Positions 33,501 through 39,401 of a DNA stretch of 64,000 nucleotides are shown here, one piece after another. Each line of letters begins with the position of its first letter. The first letter of the stretch is position 1. The stretch is taken from contig LSRY02000007.1 in NCBI GenBank assembly GCA_001643675.2, positions 1,922,001-1,986,000 on the forward strand, in the 5' to 3' direction. The DNA is from Monocercomonoides exilis PA203 (taxonomy: Eukaryota > Protista > Preaxostyla). A program made the translations under genes and the position numbers. Under the pieces are notes generated by a model. It made no database searches and was not told the DNA's origin. It worked only from the letters and a program-made list of their open reading frames with translations.

Positions 33501-36109
33501 AAAAAATTGAGAAGGATGTTGAAAATAAGAACAACTTGGAAGGAGGCGAATTTTTATGTATTGATGAATGTTTGCCTTGTCTTTCATGCAATGCAGAAAA
33601 TAAAGCTATTCTTTCAAAAGATCAACAGATTAATTCTAATCTCAGTTTGCAGAATACAAAAAAGAGGAAGATATTAAAATCGGAAGTTACTCGAGATCCT
33701 GCGATGCTGACGCAGATGGAAAAATTCTGTTCTGCTGTCAACAATCTTGTTAGGCATTGCTCACATATAATTTTTTCCAGTTCTTCATCGACGGAATTTT
33801 CTCCAATTTTGAAAGATTACTCGAAAAGGAGATTTGAAGACGATTTTAGCGAAATATTTACGTATTCTTCATCTGGAAGCAGAAAAGCAACAACACAAGT
33901 TATTTCATCTCTCTCTTCATCTTCTTCATCTTCTTCAGATGAAAGTGCATTTTCTTCTCTTCTTCCTTCAATTGAGTTAGAAACATGTAAAAAAACCTCA
34001 ACTCACAAAATGGATGATCTTGGCAATAAAGATCAGCTTGTTTTGCCATCCTTGTTTGAACTTAAACAAATCGACCAAGATTCTTCGTCGGAAATATCAA
34101 TTCCTTTGGAAATTGACCCAGAAGATTACCCGCTGTCATTGTCTCCTCCTTCTTTTTCATCTTCTCATTCTTTATCATCGGACGTATGCTTGATCTCGAG
34201 CAAAATCCGTTTGATTGACAATTCTTCTTCTTTGTCTATTCCTCTTCCACTTTATGCAATCAATCGCTTACTAGAGCACATACTTCTTCTTACATATCTT
34301 TCATCTTATTCAAGATTTCTTTGCCAATGTGAAAAGAGTGGCGAACTCAGAAAGGGAAGCAAATACAGCTCCTTTATATTTCCATCGGAGATAAGTGATG
34401 CATTCTTATTTTTGTATGTATTTATCCCTCGAAAAAAGGTTTTGCTACAGATGACTCCGTCTCTTCAATATCTTCAACCGTTTGTCCTCGAAATGAGCTG
34501 TGCGTTTTTGTCAAAGTGGCACGAGTCGTATGTGTTTTTGACGGAGCAGGAAACAAAGGCAATGAAAAGAAGAGAACATGAGCTGATGGAGCAGGAGAAT
34601 GAACTTATTGGGCATGGACTTGTGAGTCGCTCTGAATCAATGTTTGTTCCATTCTTTGCAAATCAAACTGTTTTGCTTGAAAAACAGCGTATCAGTGAAG
34701 TTCCAATGAACGATTCAATGTACTTGCCAGCACCATCATCTTCTTTTATCGCCTCTTCTGTCTCATCTTCATATTTATCATACTCTGCTTATTACACTTC
34801 CTCTTCGTATTCTTATTCATCTTCAAGATCTTCCTCACCAACTATTACAACGTTATCTCCTCCTTCATCTCCTTATTCAACATCTTCTTTATCGAAACCA
34901 TTGCTTCCGAAGCTGCTTCCTTCAGACTTGGGAGCACTTCCTGCGTATCTGTTTTTTGGAACTTTCTTTGGAGATTGCATTTTAAACTCAAATAAGAACA
35001 AATTCATAAAAGGATTCGAAAAATCTGGAGCAAAAGAGAAAGAGAAGGAAAAGAATAGAAAAGAGATGCTAAGTCGTGGTCGTATTGCTTTGTTAGGTTT
35101 ACTTAGTGAAAGTATTGAATGGCCAAATTGTGCGGAGCAAAAAGAAATGAAAGAAAAGGACAATCGTTTGCGAAAAGATTTGATTGGAATAAACGAAAAA
35201 TTATCATTGATTGAGAAATACAAATTGAAACTTCCGAAAATTGAAGATGATAAATGTCAACAAAACGTAATCGTGCAGAATGAAGAATATTTAGAACTTT
35301 TCAAAATTTTGAGCAGTGATTCACAGCAAAGAACAAGTTACGAAGAGATATCTTTCAAAAAAAATGATGAATTAAAGGAAAGTGATTCAATTATTGAACA
35401 ACTTGAACGCAAAGAAGCTAAACTTACTTCTGAAAAAGAGAGCATTCTTTGGGATATGGTGGAAATGCACATAACTACTCGTCGCGCATCTTGGCCTTCG
35501 TTACTCAGGTTCTTCTTTTTATGGACGTTGCGTCGCTTAATAGCGCTACTTGATATGGCCATTGATCTTGGAGTGCAAATGAAGTCAAACTTGGACGAAA
35601 ATGGAGATGCAGAATATTTAGCAGATGAAGAATTAAGAAGGAAAAAGTGTAAGGAAACGGAAGATATTATTTCTGACGAATGTTCAAGTATTCCGAAGGA
35701 TGTGAATTTAGACTCGAAAAGCGATATAGAGTGTTCGTCGGATTCAAGCAGCGTGGAATCCGATTCTATTAGCAGTGATTTTGCATGTGTCATTGAAGAT
35801 AAAAAGAAAAAGAAAGATGGAAAGAAGAAGAAAAAGAAGAAGAAGAACGATAATTTTGCGAGTAATGAAGAGTGGAACGAAATTTGGGAGGGACTAGAGA
35901 AACATTTCAATGTTATTCGGGCATTCGAACTTTCAGATACAATGTTTGTTGAACAATTTGGCTCAATGAGTTCACAATTGCTTGGGAAAATGAAGCAGAT
36001 ACTTCCGTTTGTAAAAAGAAAGAAAGATGCTCTTGTATTCAATTCTTCAATAGAATTGGTTAAAAAAGCTCGTAGACGTTGGAAAGAAAAGAACGCTCAT
36101 CATTTATAA
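9533..36109 (+). CDS. giant ubiquitin-specific protease (peptidase C19), USP9X/USP24/USP34-like. First in-frame ATG is 9566; small 5' exons are possible from ~9082
   Basis: Cys box GLKNLGASCFANACLQQL (Cys at 21518), QMDAEQFF, YYCSQC..LPNMVIFHLKRF, His box HYGTVEQGHY (His at 22751), WITFND, SAYLLFYER. N-terminal family-like blocks LHLEVVKRS, FIISGGLSSLLLIL and STRNLAFYLLFFLCKGCKQN. Confidence 0.92.
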   Translation: MQTFPAILTYDMSESEFRTRVISLSACCAVLHSASQSLVTQPVYQEVFKTISHIFKQINQQRFGNFNTLFEIFIYFLNKTHSNFSKETWASICDSLFSIVNFLVKASSIVNDIEELCNAFGSIFDPSFSDSGQIFELLDGKRLQIIAKLRTHLKKEESGDLHFSYPIFALSAAVNFRVFDVLWRLIKKELQILPAKSTESDEKEGKNKTTELNNKSRLNSSSQFQTTTSSSSALENGNFNAKGQASQQARAFPSVPPSLRNIQQLLHLFVMAAHHFTPRSLGSFSTMLQSIIAFVDSAHTDSIKDANSQITSFEDSKHESYVRSESDFHEHAKEVADLVPFAKFLTAMTWKTTPLHTRRQLLQSEQFRPTSSKETSNSSISISALPSRPSPLYPSEFVSLPNKLNFSRPLNLDELPPSHVSTLFTILSYVEAISLSLASNSPAHSLIVAYQMEIRMLWLSSLLLRTRSLSKRMEGAERAVNALCNEESSLIKNRGSYSLPILEIMKVISEMLTKEDIEKREAEKENEQKKEEKEKGKTKPSKKGFFEIFASAKATVLPAKESPLRNQMTALTSSKSNSSLSTQVSSFQTEESSASDAEIGSQQAFGPESSSSLSTTSNQQDFFIRQQTIHLPQNRVSCVRCISVLPPSLLFSLIHSLSLLQLLFHPSCLHLEVVKRSLKFPLALAQIKEIGEEEEEEIDDDETFEECCEERFVGNFNQNEPNIFNKSENEFLKRENLRPLVGYKWRKKIEENEIKQLRKLKERQRKENKEKGEEKEGLTVSLSKSDETVNDENYKTFWSRVLKSKRKKWILLSLNRIREEARRKHPNSNLANERKLEKRLQEECFGEVREESEFVSKNQIESVEKSVSKENRCLSESQEKERNWMILPSLSDTTTSLRPPPSYDSPLPSSHSKPGFSSSSITSYRSVKMHRSLGASSLRLLWDSSRSGNGVKESESDDWLKEMIRMKTAAKWMKELGREIEREKRERREEYEGKIHGNSLLANTILSSNSFFSMSRCTNLPFFVYSSPSILPFVHSIHPTFASEEVKRDETTDLIRKLLYDLLEICSDEDLMILFDVVLMHIFRNAVVIIHQTSREKKEGRDSKGNNEDDANEEKDVMKSKLFDLREQTDAEVHNSSTNANPASTMATTFTPSRNDNIVVAVDKWDDFDELDQYSFVLPLLFADVESIEYLYAIIKTAVNRLFCKTSSTNMNESKKKNEKINISLDLPASSSTSTSNSFTTTNTTISSSLPSSQSLPSLSQSLPRSQSSHFTQYFPPLSLTSPDFCTLFNKLSESHQMLLTIITEGINFFFSLFLDPFHASSFSDLTALPHSTFSSPYVAYSKHDGIFFFLNSHNCSSNVYHFIFTHLIELLSYFNELTPVQLAIDPSTKTKNSARHSSHTAIGSDKADTEGAKSAHSSSSFLSSSSFGDSALQQSALTSPHHSHSHSHAHSHLSSSSSATNLLFTSSDSSDATVYVDPLLIRNQLVPFHVLCSLLLYCHSIPQILKLIFSVYLCNSDTTNLPSLQFKSLPNLLSYFESDLHLSSKFISFIRIFHDRFIKKYSEIFKEQNASSKIEFSPETEISSQRAFHQTPHLLYLLSDQLTYSISHNSLTECMSSLFLLFNDMVHFTTVTITLPFLLDLFSLCFTNALSIFEQKLAICLLLFIVTYANAQNSSSSTNSSILPIDSTITTDIKSADPANEHLSTNRRKFRKIAKLILSEEEQIKTKASSFSLPTPTSSNEPNRNSQGAFEKMFEQINSLLPPFTSSYASFDKSSSFIQDLSFFFSPTPLHVLPLFFRSLLLQFNLLSPSRRYNLQETNLLSSPWQDSFNILQADSLPKFFDNSTEKKDSQSESCSFNSNSSLYYSVQALPVDVFLLLRSLFDAVRHMRFEKQMEKQKMISQFKEKVKEIEKKIEHIQRKRRRKTSDILQQTKDPIGPSLNQQTNEMMYIQVGKIEKDCDTQLCVEEAKLVAEKETFVKELKKLRREICFLQEVEEDGKDFLWNVALLSPIPKKQQPSFPSSSPYSSSSSSFPKASHSLHSLSHSAILSFLEPSSFPCASQLARLSSLLTSILFDSRSDLTSIACVADGIATPEEQLKDYCYSSLQSLSDYLSAASLFGENYFEDATENNEELFAQNIIHSSGTAFEVIQQQTPKDISQFALKSPTPSTPTSVCSLSPIDTCISPSPQSLETQLHIFLSANNKFTYAFESVANQFISSVVKELLPLAETMDKQKKKVTSFGNQEETYKQIYTNQRGDESGISRLITEEMKTRAENALLLLLDWIQMFNTSIHPSQRHHSNMPLSSAYQQVIDTSKLQENSSSLSLFNTSDRCGPLKQCLVVVDVTVTCSSFGRHSYPEPSFLHSPYSQSHFSEVSSLNYSSFHHSINTSSSYLFPPSSSTVATSPSPSSLSLSSSASSIRRRRSSRDSSPNQRHRHAKLLRLQPKSSSGSWSKHSSQANSSIQSNLKYTSSSSSYSSSRSSRRSSISSQSHIQKIDIRREIQLRFMCDETADVQTLRLAILRKLNMLSSFSSCYHSTYSIPSSTNSSISEFKEDPHNSKNTHKGLDLKQFIPMPVLFPVSFGAENFAALSDSTYPPSEHSSSSNSLTYLQPLPSTKFVSLSLNQNELQHTNTPLISLAQNSNIINRSTLSTGSTPTANPSFSQNQESVSSTVPTINLTCCIHQQIQLTPYSSQSLLASISAPTSSSQKTPKTSSILYVTPFVNFNKEDGDYASLYPFSTLPSSCYPTETLIKEHFIPKFSKTKTFACDHLNLSTISDESLNSISSHNVEQFETAEDMSVQELLLSMIDICPSISSAISRILSLLPVHPEIIRTLSMSKSLPKKQTIYTEKDVNSDDSYQKTYSESENNESNSINTPDKSCEEIKDQEHVISIPVHSKNNSHIIHSWTQIFDLSCPQQMLYSLRALHQILEQSKRTVSNKHDVVGFDSSLPERKQVHIHSGNVYQENEKNRQITTILRTTNDKVKEQKFEESTTFDEWRYRFIISGGLSSLLLILLQFDFSSPSYPITIKSSLLHSLTRIIRFFLNSLLSSSTSIDSTLLRSIFDCVLGQIFKSLSGSDTWDENNRKYILVMIVFKLLCICELFSVTPWKSKEEINATDDIINDRAIEKEFSTGLKKLVGETCDQSCFSDVVDVLNNSFTEPSQPFLTSLFEELHSCQTGVDCFDKINQKMTFLRKTDGLLLMFHRHWQYPIANLERHHNKYSEEIGEDGISGVVKCFSIIKLIFRIMNLYDDAVTELEENHQEKDTDTHPLQLVAMPLTFTVFASPLFMPFYISLLLCPSSSSIRHSWGILIQSVISGFSHNQRIDNDHLLHILSQYLFYPLFSADLFYDADHLADYFKLSNQLIDHIDSITFNMFNSQTLCKITQNEGKQAIANNNRSYVDVSDILLILVFIVQHRRTLESFSVSYENVSSELENDSHPLQKFAISDLFMIHNSNLSKEQAANNTSFRDLEDEKRMIFDKSSHISHIRSDEVLCYLMKAIIHCMKVLNDAQKVSSYNRLCMSLSSSIESSTLNEDEIQSNSQLEKCSTVDISSQQRDPLPYYRWMFSDIQQIIGDPLSFNFVQHIFCHMLSSVDTSANESFPGNSLHKHSSGGNNSSHIEEISKAAQTSCASFANGDTSIIAINKGNQLFKCYSEPQCIQESTRNLAFYLLFFLCKGCKQNVLLLIPFTCAVLMKNWRDCSKDRLNIWDKIVIEFHPYLGEKMKTFHFSISSEEETERSSTGNNRKAIAQCYGEQNFYKQALNFYFNRKHLQSSGKQKESLLTAFNYIFYKKLQAILPMESHISDEDEKSQVALSSNKQMEDDLQPYSSDSYECLFSPFSVCIPPSVSSFYFDIKPPSQNSLYLTTPIPFSSKRFEGNYSEWIVNSLYSNDSFCALNSKELTITSKQSASPSASTITHISAKQKNHSNEVQMSIEMSLLGTGTQTITTISPNSTSTQSSFSSSSSTALQSNKQEQISIKHVCGCSGLKNLGASCFANACLQQLFMYYPFRYSLFVLAFDVNKVSKREEYLHQEDDGYLDEASPLMQSEFSNSSNNSLTESFPHPNIFLPLSKIPPFLVRFISLFASLQETLRPSIDPVNFLCEPYFPSSMVNVHTQMDAEQFFSILLNRTNEVLREWKNEKEKKSIVESDAQDSFNNQQNKPKNDYTSEIKTDNNYLKESPEKNNSKQQTFIEQYFGTEIISEIECERGHTSTNKEISYMIPVDVKGFDALSQSIMTAAIGETMDGDNLYYCSQCGAKVRAVKRCLFGNLPNMVIFHLKRFAFDVTSMTRQKVNDRFTFPVDEQLLDMEMCVQDSPLRQKIKEKDLSEEELSQRIDSFVKDKIHQECNDLNKRDHYVTSDSTSSYSSLPITSEQQSQFSKTQKPSEYCYRLVGAVLHYGTVEQGHYISIAKERKPPYRWITFNDSVVEANEKFSFEAAFGGSKSSDGLDEKMKKNSNTSSENNSSAYLLFYERISTKGVKNDRKCRLNVLKEILSKEDENSKNQNKSIKNHNVDSKNDLTIGDRDIATNTTIFSKRLALSDNQFFFSFDFHNACLDSTLQQELVHPFLMKSIKMDNSNFIRHQIVFSNAFNATVPFLLNEMASFIRINHNQRKISFYDEPKHSNNENAYFSSKTKGIISDISTFVKDNEPTFNIEDNCSSLIKLNEAKKNNVAQNFIISSLLQSAFEIHPLIAHKLINITRNVVPTLNPITNSTEFSLSLTSIKESNNNPTQTDIPSGSSVSTENYSNFTMNAENVASMCLIFLHFLLDNYVHSPFHPHFASWMRNLQLVAEENYIFSYLVILTFVTQMIGEHIEVKHARKRRISRAGRQRNQDDKERRESSFNEGKEEDDYEYDFDESYIKSDYSLNTAIIDSLKQSSSESAKKTPLPSSSSINTFAFDQAPNATDFSFFQNQIKTPWLKAMYFGCPDFCAVLQTSHMIFTAMQTLFVFGVWEEMELRWKKSHSFEKETNQKHDQQKGDHKIELKDDEELEIGSEPFPSRENAKDSSHVLNDHFTTETDSILPPFPMHPLPPLSTVFLFCSPTLNLLSSFLYTIISLLFNNHARLTSFIFLFAILRDFASLGSFASLLLLSLHYPATIARFVTGNNCFSSVFLQHRQRNNFAVKVDQSNKDSFAQKKNITCFDEDVFGLMPSHFTEQELLMINERIYDKDIEKDEWLQWIKKYVDELNFRLQQKKNQHIASDNHEANCSTERLISKKSKLPFSPSSVISSSSSGERNSVASKTPSDVKSSFLLRATSTDHSPNVTSSQYHMDSNYSSTTSGIAEKKKVIASTTTSEYLNPFPLSFLFSHDDAIQLSSSYYSKENEKVTEGKTAADLLLMSELNIINSSLCSNCIPTTSSSLSNLQLVAYNRAPTVSIAFELACWKMMIESVFVVLYLTSQGVLFHVIKERKQRNAFSLYETKSTFQTNQQQRKANSLASACENEIKSDYSLNEQDCSMIDKMNTILAQLRILKLLQNEFQISNEEASTIFEWYNAGSCADRSSAAESLHYLESKLSDYHDSNSRSEQEGNNLDSFLFPPPTAPFQNDQSHSARCTILFHLMLKNNVSSFESSTSPSSSISCQSSTPLLNNKVSSQIQKSTTDLQSKHDFTMDLTSETCSTNIPSVSECLFNGIKIVITNQQFLMASILYGQSETIVASSLKMYSEMDLLELNFSNDNSSNSFYNSLEQRQTSDDPSMKKDSQQALTSFFPEASASSKLNGNKSIATDRKTTPTDLKSNYSQDEFNDKGSFSVFLDKNDPPSSIETVLNYILLQIDAEGTQEKKQEPTQTASTTLAVVPDEQLSSIDQVKQATILSNNAEVSSFSLTEPSANIATSFEHSVDSIQTASPPQQSQHSDSTILLLLFFWKLVLLSLQTSDLTEKREWLCECLQLSRNCSSKEHLSGRSETLSNNQTVISVAECLSLSSSYFAPSPVLQGQLEHILQTLFPVFSHSSLRQPHYLSLSDWMVTIIFRYVCFISSEKFGTTTTLAMIHSLSSAISACSPLRRYVATECSSEIVDILLGANDWRIRESAGRLIRMLVVDEPFGWNQTKMFRNSYFSWLKEYIRIENENAYEDNKKNERKGALLNENESVKTASQSLNASSNESTSDLNISEYMNDCAFSSESIDSDLSIKKQNITFRSIVDTSLCVDPMFVACHLIQLCQQQNECLRWRLQNKTFDSLPCVPCNDAKSALENRTSVENENLLSLSSSVRSFIPYVSLSTLLESLADEASSAPSTSSSRSSFYQRPPFTKDQMAKAEKGWTCEIANFPIGIVPIQTELFLAHSESNCIKSVVDDEFPKSCDLESKSYDIETSKTDLVNSLPSLSAPFEHIDYITFGFCPSSNSRKLSSTSRSRIMPIWISNVFLLLNTSFEIARGNCGNSSPILNVSNGDYLSPDSLVPDTAFVSGLVRDLYLQSSQRKKIDNQYSNNEIRCHLGNMEAEYCIPHSMDVSLPSPPPCVTPSLLWLYHHMQHTSTKSKELKCDKFECDSLFDTDDTFQVKSITQFSPQTHSNLCVNKGDWSSTNSLIHIDKEAHHNILSLIISAAPAAVSLLNAHNSHHQYRSKEIKSIVSTGKKLSQAEGTLTSPIQRNNGESKAEGSSAFLPPLHSPSISSSSDSTSSLLLSSLFTPPSVSYEMKNAHKAETLFGIISFLLFDESDVKILFSTNFISTITEFILKSQEQSVRKDYNFGVLAGFKLLQRILEKANVASVPRGKLDVLMKAENIISVEDEFLQIIRKQDDISIHSNYNVEMKMMKRLLQRLNSSLEILSHTISYSNVFLTSMNKQIPQFFATYPQLTSLLFSFVVSHWPSRNHFTTHISFSSSISFNSPYAAYPYPPSSLQQPPPVSPFVIKAQKKHHHLFSVTKPSGKASLPQSANPSSSSASLSYLLHPQRLVLASGEENSASTSEKDNSNQPTPSSLQKEIQVQSLNTHSNTDLFGHLSPSSISEAVPFPTFFSDEMMSQTVNFVTTLSLTFYRSHLNNSLLSVLDTFLTSHWFYWTCDRCFTRFVPMTTASATPSNLPNYSLFFWPRTTAALIRFAVSLTQLKMTNEGKHSIQSDSTAIPPKQTSGPSFTVNSASYVVRRRLMVILLERLTVWQPHIIIILLSLCLVVQPRNRYEESVLWTGDLETPLFSQKEKKKERKRKSKKEKKEEEEDDDNEDDDDSNDTSKEPAESVQDLHAESEGSGKQNEFDDNSCISHLYMKEEVLPTTRFFWMGVSDEELSLLLPPRLFRWLMIVLGKKVKRLELSEEFLKEKDQKRIAEKEEEKGKKKEENESELESFKDKSKIIGKTNQDVSETFKNDESKYTEVDKLQQKIYIQQKKGENKLLFQMQNNSPFPIPSILDSYHLSFDFSHFQAFVDMKFSSSSFTPRSIFLPFRAKNSSEPSDSDSAAGDCQTSALFSSTVPSSLPISRTFPSSFASLCYIPSHPDSVFTLIPSIIAAIVANVTCKTSFWGNESRVIKDWFEYGDAKEREIKKKISQTSDNFDAKNKEISNEETKKKSLEDKEIHMKKEEPINFQKVDKEKVNAAPIVSKQKRSTFSSILPSPLRLFKYPSKNTSSPLISSTSSPALDSSANIASSGLVSIDNSSKLLPSLPSAECKTDAVVNVKDLTKQTSEMEAKQQKKKKKNGKGASHKKSEAYLNPSYANASNSLLLPISDKSLCSQFTSAEWVPIKGSRLTTSNSIDFSILLHLTLPCYPYSIRTYALSSLSALLPLWDGGECVVVDSLLASFENGGIRMKRFNDSASMKSDVLNDEMYSGFSLSELLEKASLFPTYFNKISSNSALENGKDSYSSLISRMLNRKNWGISELDSFADQPYYETTTQPNYLFAQTKLFQFEMKMQQEYDKVKKTKKDKNKEKERERKENDKEIDSLIGHFRLGECGLAETDTTTLNPIISLDRTIIPVFIRRKSKPFSPKSLSSWSAVQDILSKDDENNSAFISISRFPYLLTGIPMATFILPSEVECETERVNNTLSNIYSFALSQKIEKDVENKNNLEGGEFLCIDECLPCLSCNAENKAILSKDQQINSNLSLQNTKKRKILKSEVTRDPAMLTQMEKFCSAVNNLVRHCSHIIFSSSSSTEFSPILKDYSKRRFEDDFSEIFTYSSSGSRKATTQVISSLSSSSSSSSDESAFSSLLPSIELETCKKTSTHKMDDLGNKDQLVLPSLFELKQIDQDSSSEISIPLEIDPEDYPLSLSPPSFSSSHSLSSDVCLISSKIRLIDNSSSLSIPLPLYAINRLLEHILLLTYLSSYSRFLCQCEKSGELRKGSKYSSFIFPSEISDAFLFLYVFIPRKKVLLQMTPSLQYLQPFVLEMSCAFLSKWHESYVFLTEQETKAMKRREHELMEQENELIGHGLVSRSESMFVPFFANQTVLLEKQRISEVPMNDSMYLPAPSSSFIASSVSSSYLSYSAYYTSSSYSYSSSRSSSPTITTLSPPSSPYSTSSLSKPLLPKLLPSDLGALPAYLFFGTFFGDCILNSNKNKFIKGFEKSGAKEKEKEKNRKEMLSRGRIALLGLLSESIEWPNCAEQKEMKEKDNRLRKDLIGINEKLSLIEKYKLKLPKIEDDKCQQNVIVQNEEYLELFKILSSDSQQRTSYEEISFKKNDELKESDSIIEQLERKEAKLTSEKESILWDMVEMHITTRRASWPSLLRFFFLWTLRRLIALLDMAIDLGVQMKSNLDENGDAEYLADEELRRKKCKETEDIISDECSSIPKDVNLDSKSDIECSSDSSSVESDSISSDFACVIEDKKKKKDGKKKKKKKKNDNFASNEEWNEIWEGLEKHFNVIRAFELSDTMFVEQFGSMSSQLLGKMKQILPFVKRKKDALVFNSSIELVKKARRRWKEKNAHHL

Positions 36110-37379
36110 CGATAATTGTTCCAATGTTTACTCAATTTTTTTTAATTTTTTTTCGGTTTATATTGTTATTATTTAAAAAGTTCCTTAAACTTGTCCACTT
36201 ATATTTCGAATTGTTGTTAAAACAGTTTTAATAACAATTTGAAAAAAATTAAAGAACATTTTTAAAATGTTTTATGATGTGTGAATGAAACAAACTTGTT
36301 TTTATTTTTAATCATAATTTTGATAAAATTCATTTTGTTTTAAGTTTATATGTTTAAAATTGAATTTTTTTTCAAAGGGAGAATCATCATTTTTTCTTAT
36401 TTTCTGTTTACGCATTATAGGCAAATGATTGATGATTGTAACAGTTGAATTAATTTGAAATAAGACTGAATACTTGTGATTGTGGTTTGTGTTATTGTGA
36501 AAAGGTTAAAAATCAAGCGAGTGTACTTTTCATTCTGTTTTTAATATAAAATGGTTTGATTTCCAATTTCGATTCGATACAACTTCGACAAGTTCAAGTT
36601 GCGCAACGGATCATGAAAAAATAATCAACAAAATACAAGTTTTGAAATTTTAGGTGAAAGAGAAACAGTAATGTGACCCTAACTTCGTTATCTTCAATGA
36701 CAGATTGCTGACTCTTCAGATTTTCAAAATCCAAGTGTTTTATTTCATTTTTTCATATTTTGATTTGATAAGGACTAATTCTCAATTTCACAAAGTTCTT
36801 CAAAACCAAAATTGTGATGAAAATTATTGATAAATCGTTCCCAATGGAAAGTGTCGTCATTTATAATTATTCAGTCGTTATTCTTATGAACAACGAAAAG
36901 ACGTGGGTAGGATTCTTTCATATATGAAAAATTTAATGACTTGTTCCAAACTTTTTCTGCAATCGTTTGATTATAATTCTAATATTATCGTGCAATATGA
37001 AATATAAAAAAATCGTAAAAAATCTTTGATATAATTGTGTGGAACAATATTCATGAAACAAAAAATTTTGTTCCATTAATTTTCAGGAACCCAAAATATA
37101 TTATGAACTCATTCAAATGCAAAGAATTAAAATTTTTGAGGTTTGTAGTTTGATTTTTATAACGAGAAATGTAATATTTTTGCTTCTTATTTTTTCGCCA
37201 TCTTTTCAGTTCAGAATTATTTGCTGTATTCAGGTAACTGTTGGAATTTCTGCATGTTGCGTTTTTTCGAGCAAACCACAAGATTGAAAGGAATAACAAG
37301 AGTTTTGATATGAAATCATTCAGCAATTTTAAATGGAAATTCACCAATGCATTACAGAGTACTTAATTGTTCAGCGCAA

Positions 37380-38600
37380 TTCACAGAAAGAAAGGAGGAA
37401 AAAGAAGAAGCTTACACTCATGGGATAATGCAACAGGTTTCTGTGATATGATCCGGAAGATGAATAAGGAAAAGGCAGAAAGAAATTTTAGATGCATAAT
37501 GTGGATCGACAGAAAAAGGAAAGAGAAAGATGGGCAAAGAAGAGAAAACGAAAGATAATGGAGAATTGGGACGAACTCACAGAACGGGTACTTCTCTGAA
37601 CGGCTGCACATAGATACCACACTTATTATACACACTATTGTTTAGCTTTGTACGGGAAGGAACGAAGATGAGCATTAAGAAAAAGAGGAGGAGGAAAAGG
37701 CATCGAACGAATGCTGAAAGATTGCAGAAGTAGAAGTAGTATCTGATGAAAGAAACGATAAGGATGAACACGAAAGGGAAGAGGAAGAGGAAAGAAAAAG
37801 GAGGGAAAGTTGGGGAAAAAATCTTTGAAAGGAGATTTAAATATTTCTGGCATTTTTTTACTCGAAACAGAAAGGAGATCATTAAAAACTGGATTTATGA
37901 GTAAACAAGCACATGTGAATATATAGGATTATATATTAATTTATTTTTGAACGTGGAATTGGACGAAGGGCCCAGAAAGCAGATGAAGTGAAACAAAGTT
38001 AGCAGCCCTATGGTATTGCACAGCGTTTCTTTGCAAGTCTCTCCCAATTGTAATAAGCCATCTTCAGAGCGAATAACAACATTTCTTACAATATTAGATT
38101 CCAGTGAAATGGTGCTTAAAACATCAGACGATATGATACTATTGGAAGCAGAACAGGTTAAACATGCGGATATTGACAAATAACACAGCTTTATCATGCT
38201 TCTTTTTGCAAGCAATGGTGAAGCATTCGCGGAACAGAGCAAATGAGTATTTTGAAGGCAACGTATCGATTTGATGCAGCGGATAGCAGGTTTATTCCAC
38301 AGCATATTGACGAAGAAGGCATTATTCACTGTGGTGGAGCTGTTGAGAAGGAGAATTGCTGAGCTGATTGTGCTGTTGTCTGAACACAGTTCAAATATAT
38401 CGATATTTTGTGATTTTTCATTGTCTGCAAAAGCGAAGAAATTGATCGGTGAGAGGCTAACAGCTTCAGCAGCAATAAAAAATAACATCGAGATAAGATT
38501 GGAAACAATCCCTTGCTCCCATAAGTCATAATTTCTTTATATTGCAAGGAAGTTTAATAATGATATGCAATAAATCCGATTTTGAAGAGAAACATTTGCA
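37380..38600 (-). pseudogene. degenerate fragment resembling the N-terminal part of the oxymonad surface-protein family
   Basis: 197-aa ORF 37895-38488 is S/N/C/I-rich with beta-strand character and ends in SSNSTF. Flanking frames are broken by stops, and there is a decayed 'NKCGIYVQPF' CG-motif. Confidence 0.35.
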
Positions 38601-39401
38601 TCGATGCAATTATCAAGAGAGAAAAGTGTGAAATGATAACTTTCCCATGAGCAAATTTATTTTCTTGGGAAAAAAGATAAAAAAAAAAAATTATTATCAA
38701 GCCTTTTCAATTTCTCATTTGGAAGCAATCATTGCCCTATCAATTTTTCTTTTTTTTAAAAAAAAAAATGCAATCATTATTCATTCAAATAGATAAAAAT
38801 GTAAATAAAATGTGTTTTTAAAATCCATAAAATTTAAAAAAAAAAACAGATGCTAATATGAATTCTTTGCGAATATTGAATGAACTGATATTAAACAAAC
38901 AAAAAAACACAATCATTCGGAAATAAAAATTTTGATGTAAACACTTCTGCTATGGAATTATAAACAGTTGAAGAGTTTGCTAAAGTTGATTTTACACAAA
39001 TTTGTTCCCATTATCACCGAAATATCGCAAATAAATGTTAAAAGCAGAAAAAAATAAACTTGAAGCAACAAAAAAAGGAACAGAAACCGGGGGGAAAATT
39101 ACCTTTTCACAAAGTCTCAGGTATTCTCTTTTGAATAAGTCAAAAATGTTATCAGCAATTCAAAATGAAAAAATTGCCAATAGGCAAAAAAGGATTTTCC
39201 GAATTCGTTAAATTGAGTCATTCGTTTCTTTCCCCGTGCTATCTTTAAGCGCAGTTGATGCATCTCCCAAAGAAAGACAGCTTCAAAAAACAAAATTCAC
39301 AGTCCTCCAATCGACTGGGCGAAATCACAAAAAGCTATCAAATAAACAACAGATCAATCATCACATATTGCTAACATTAATAAAAAAATTCATGCAAACT
39401 T

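Noticed and set aside
39050-39360. Slightly GC-richer patch downstream of SFR1, considered as an ncRNA
   Set aside because: No recognisable RNA-family motif or convincing stem pattern; it could be 3' UTR.
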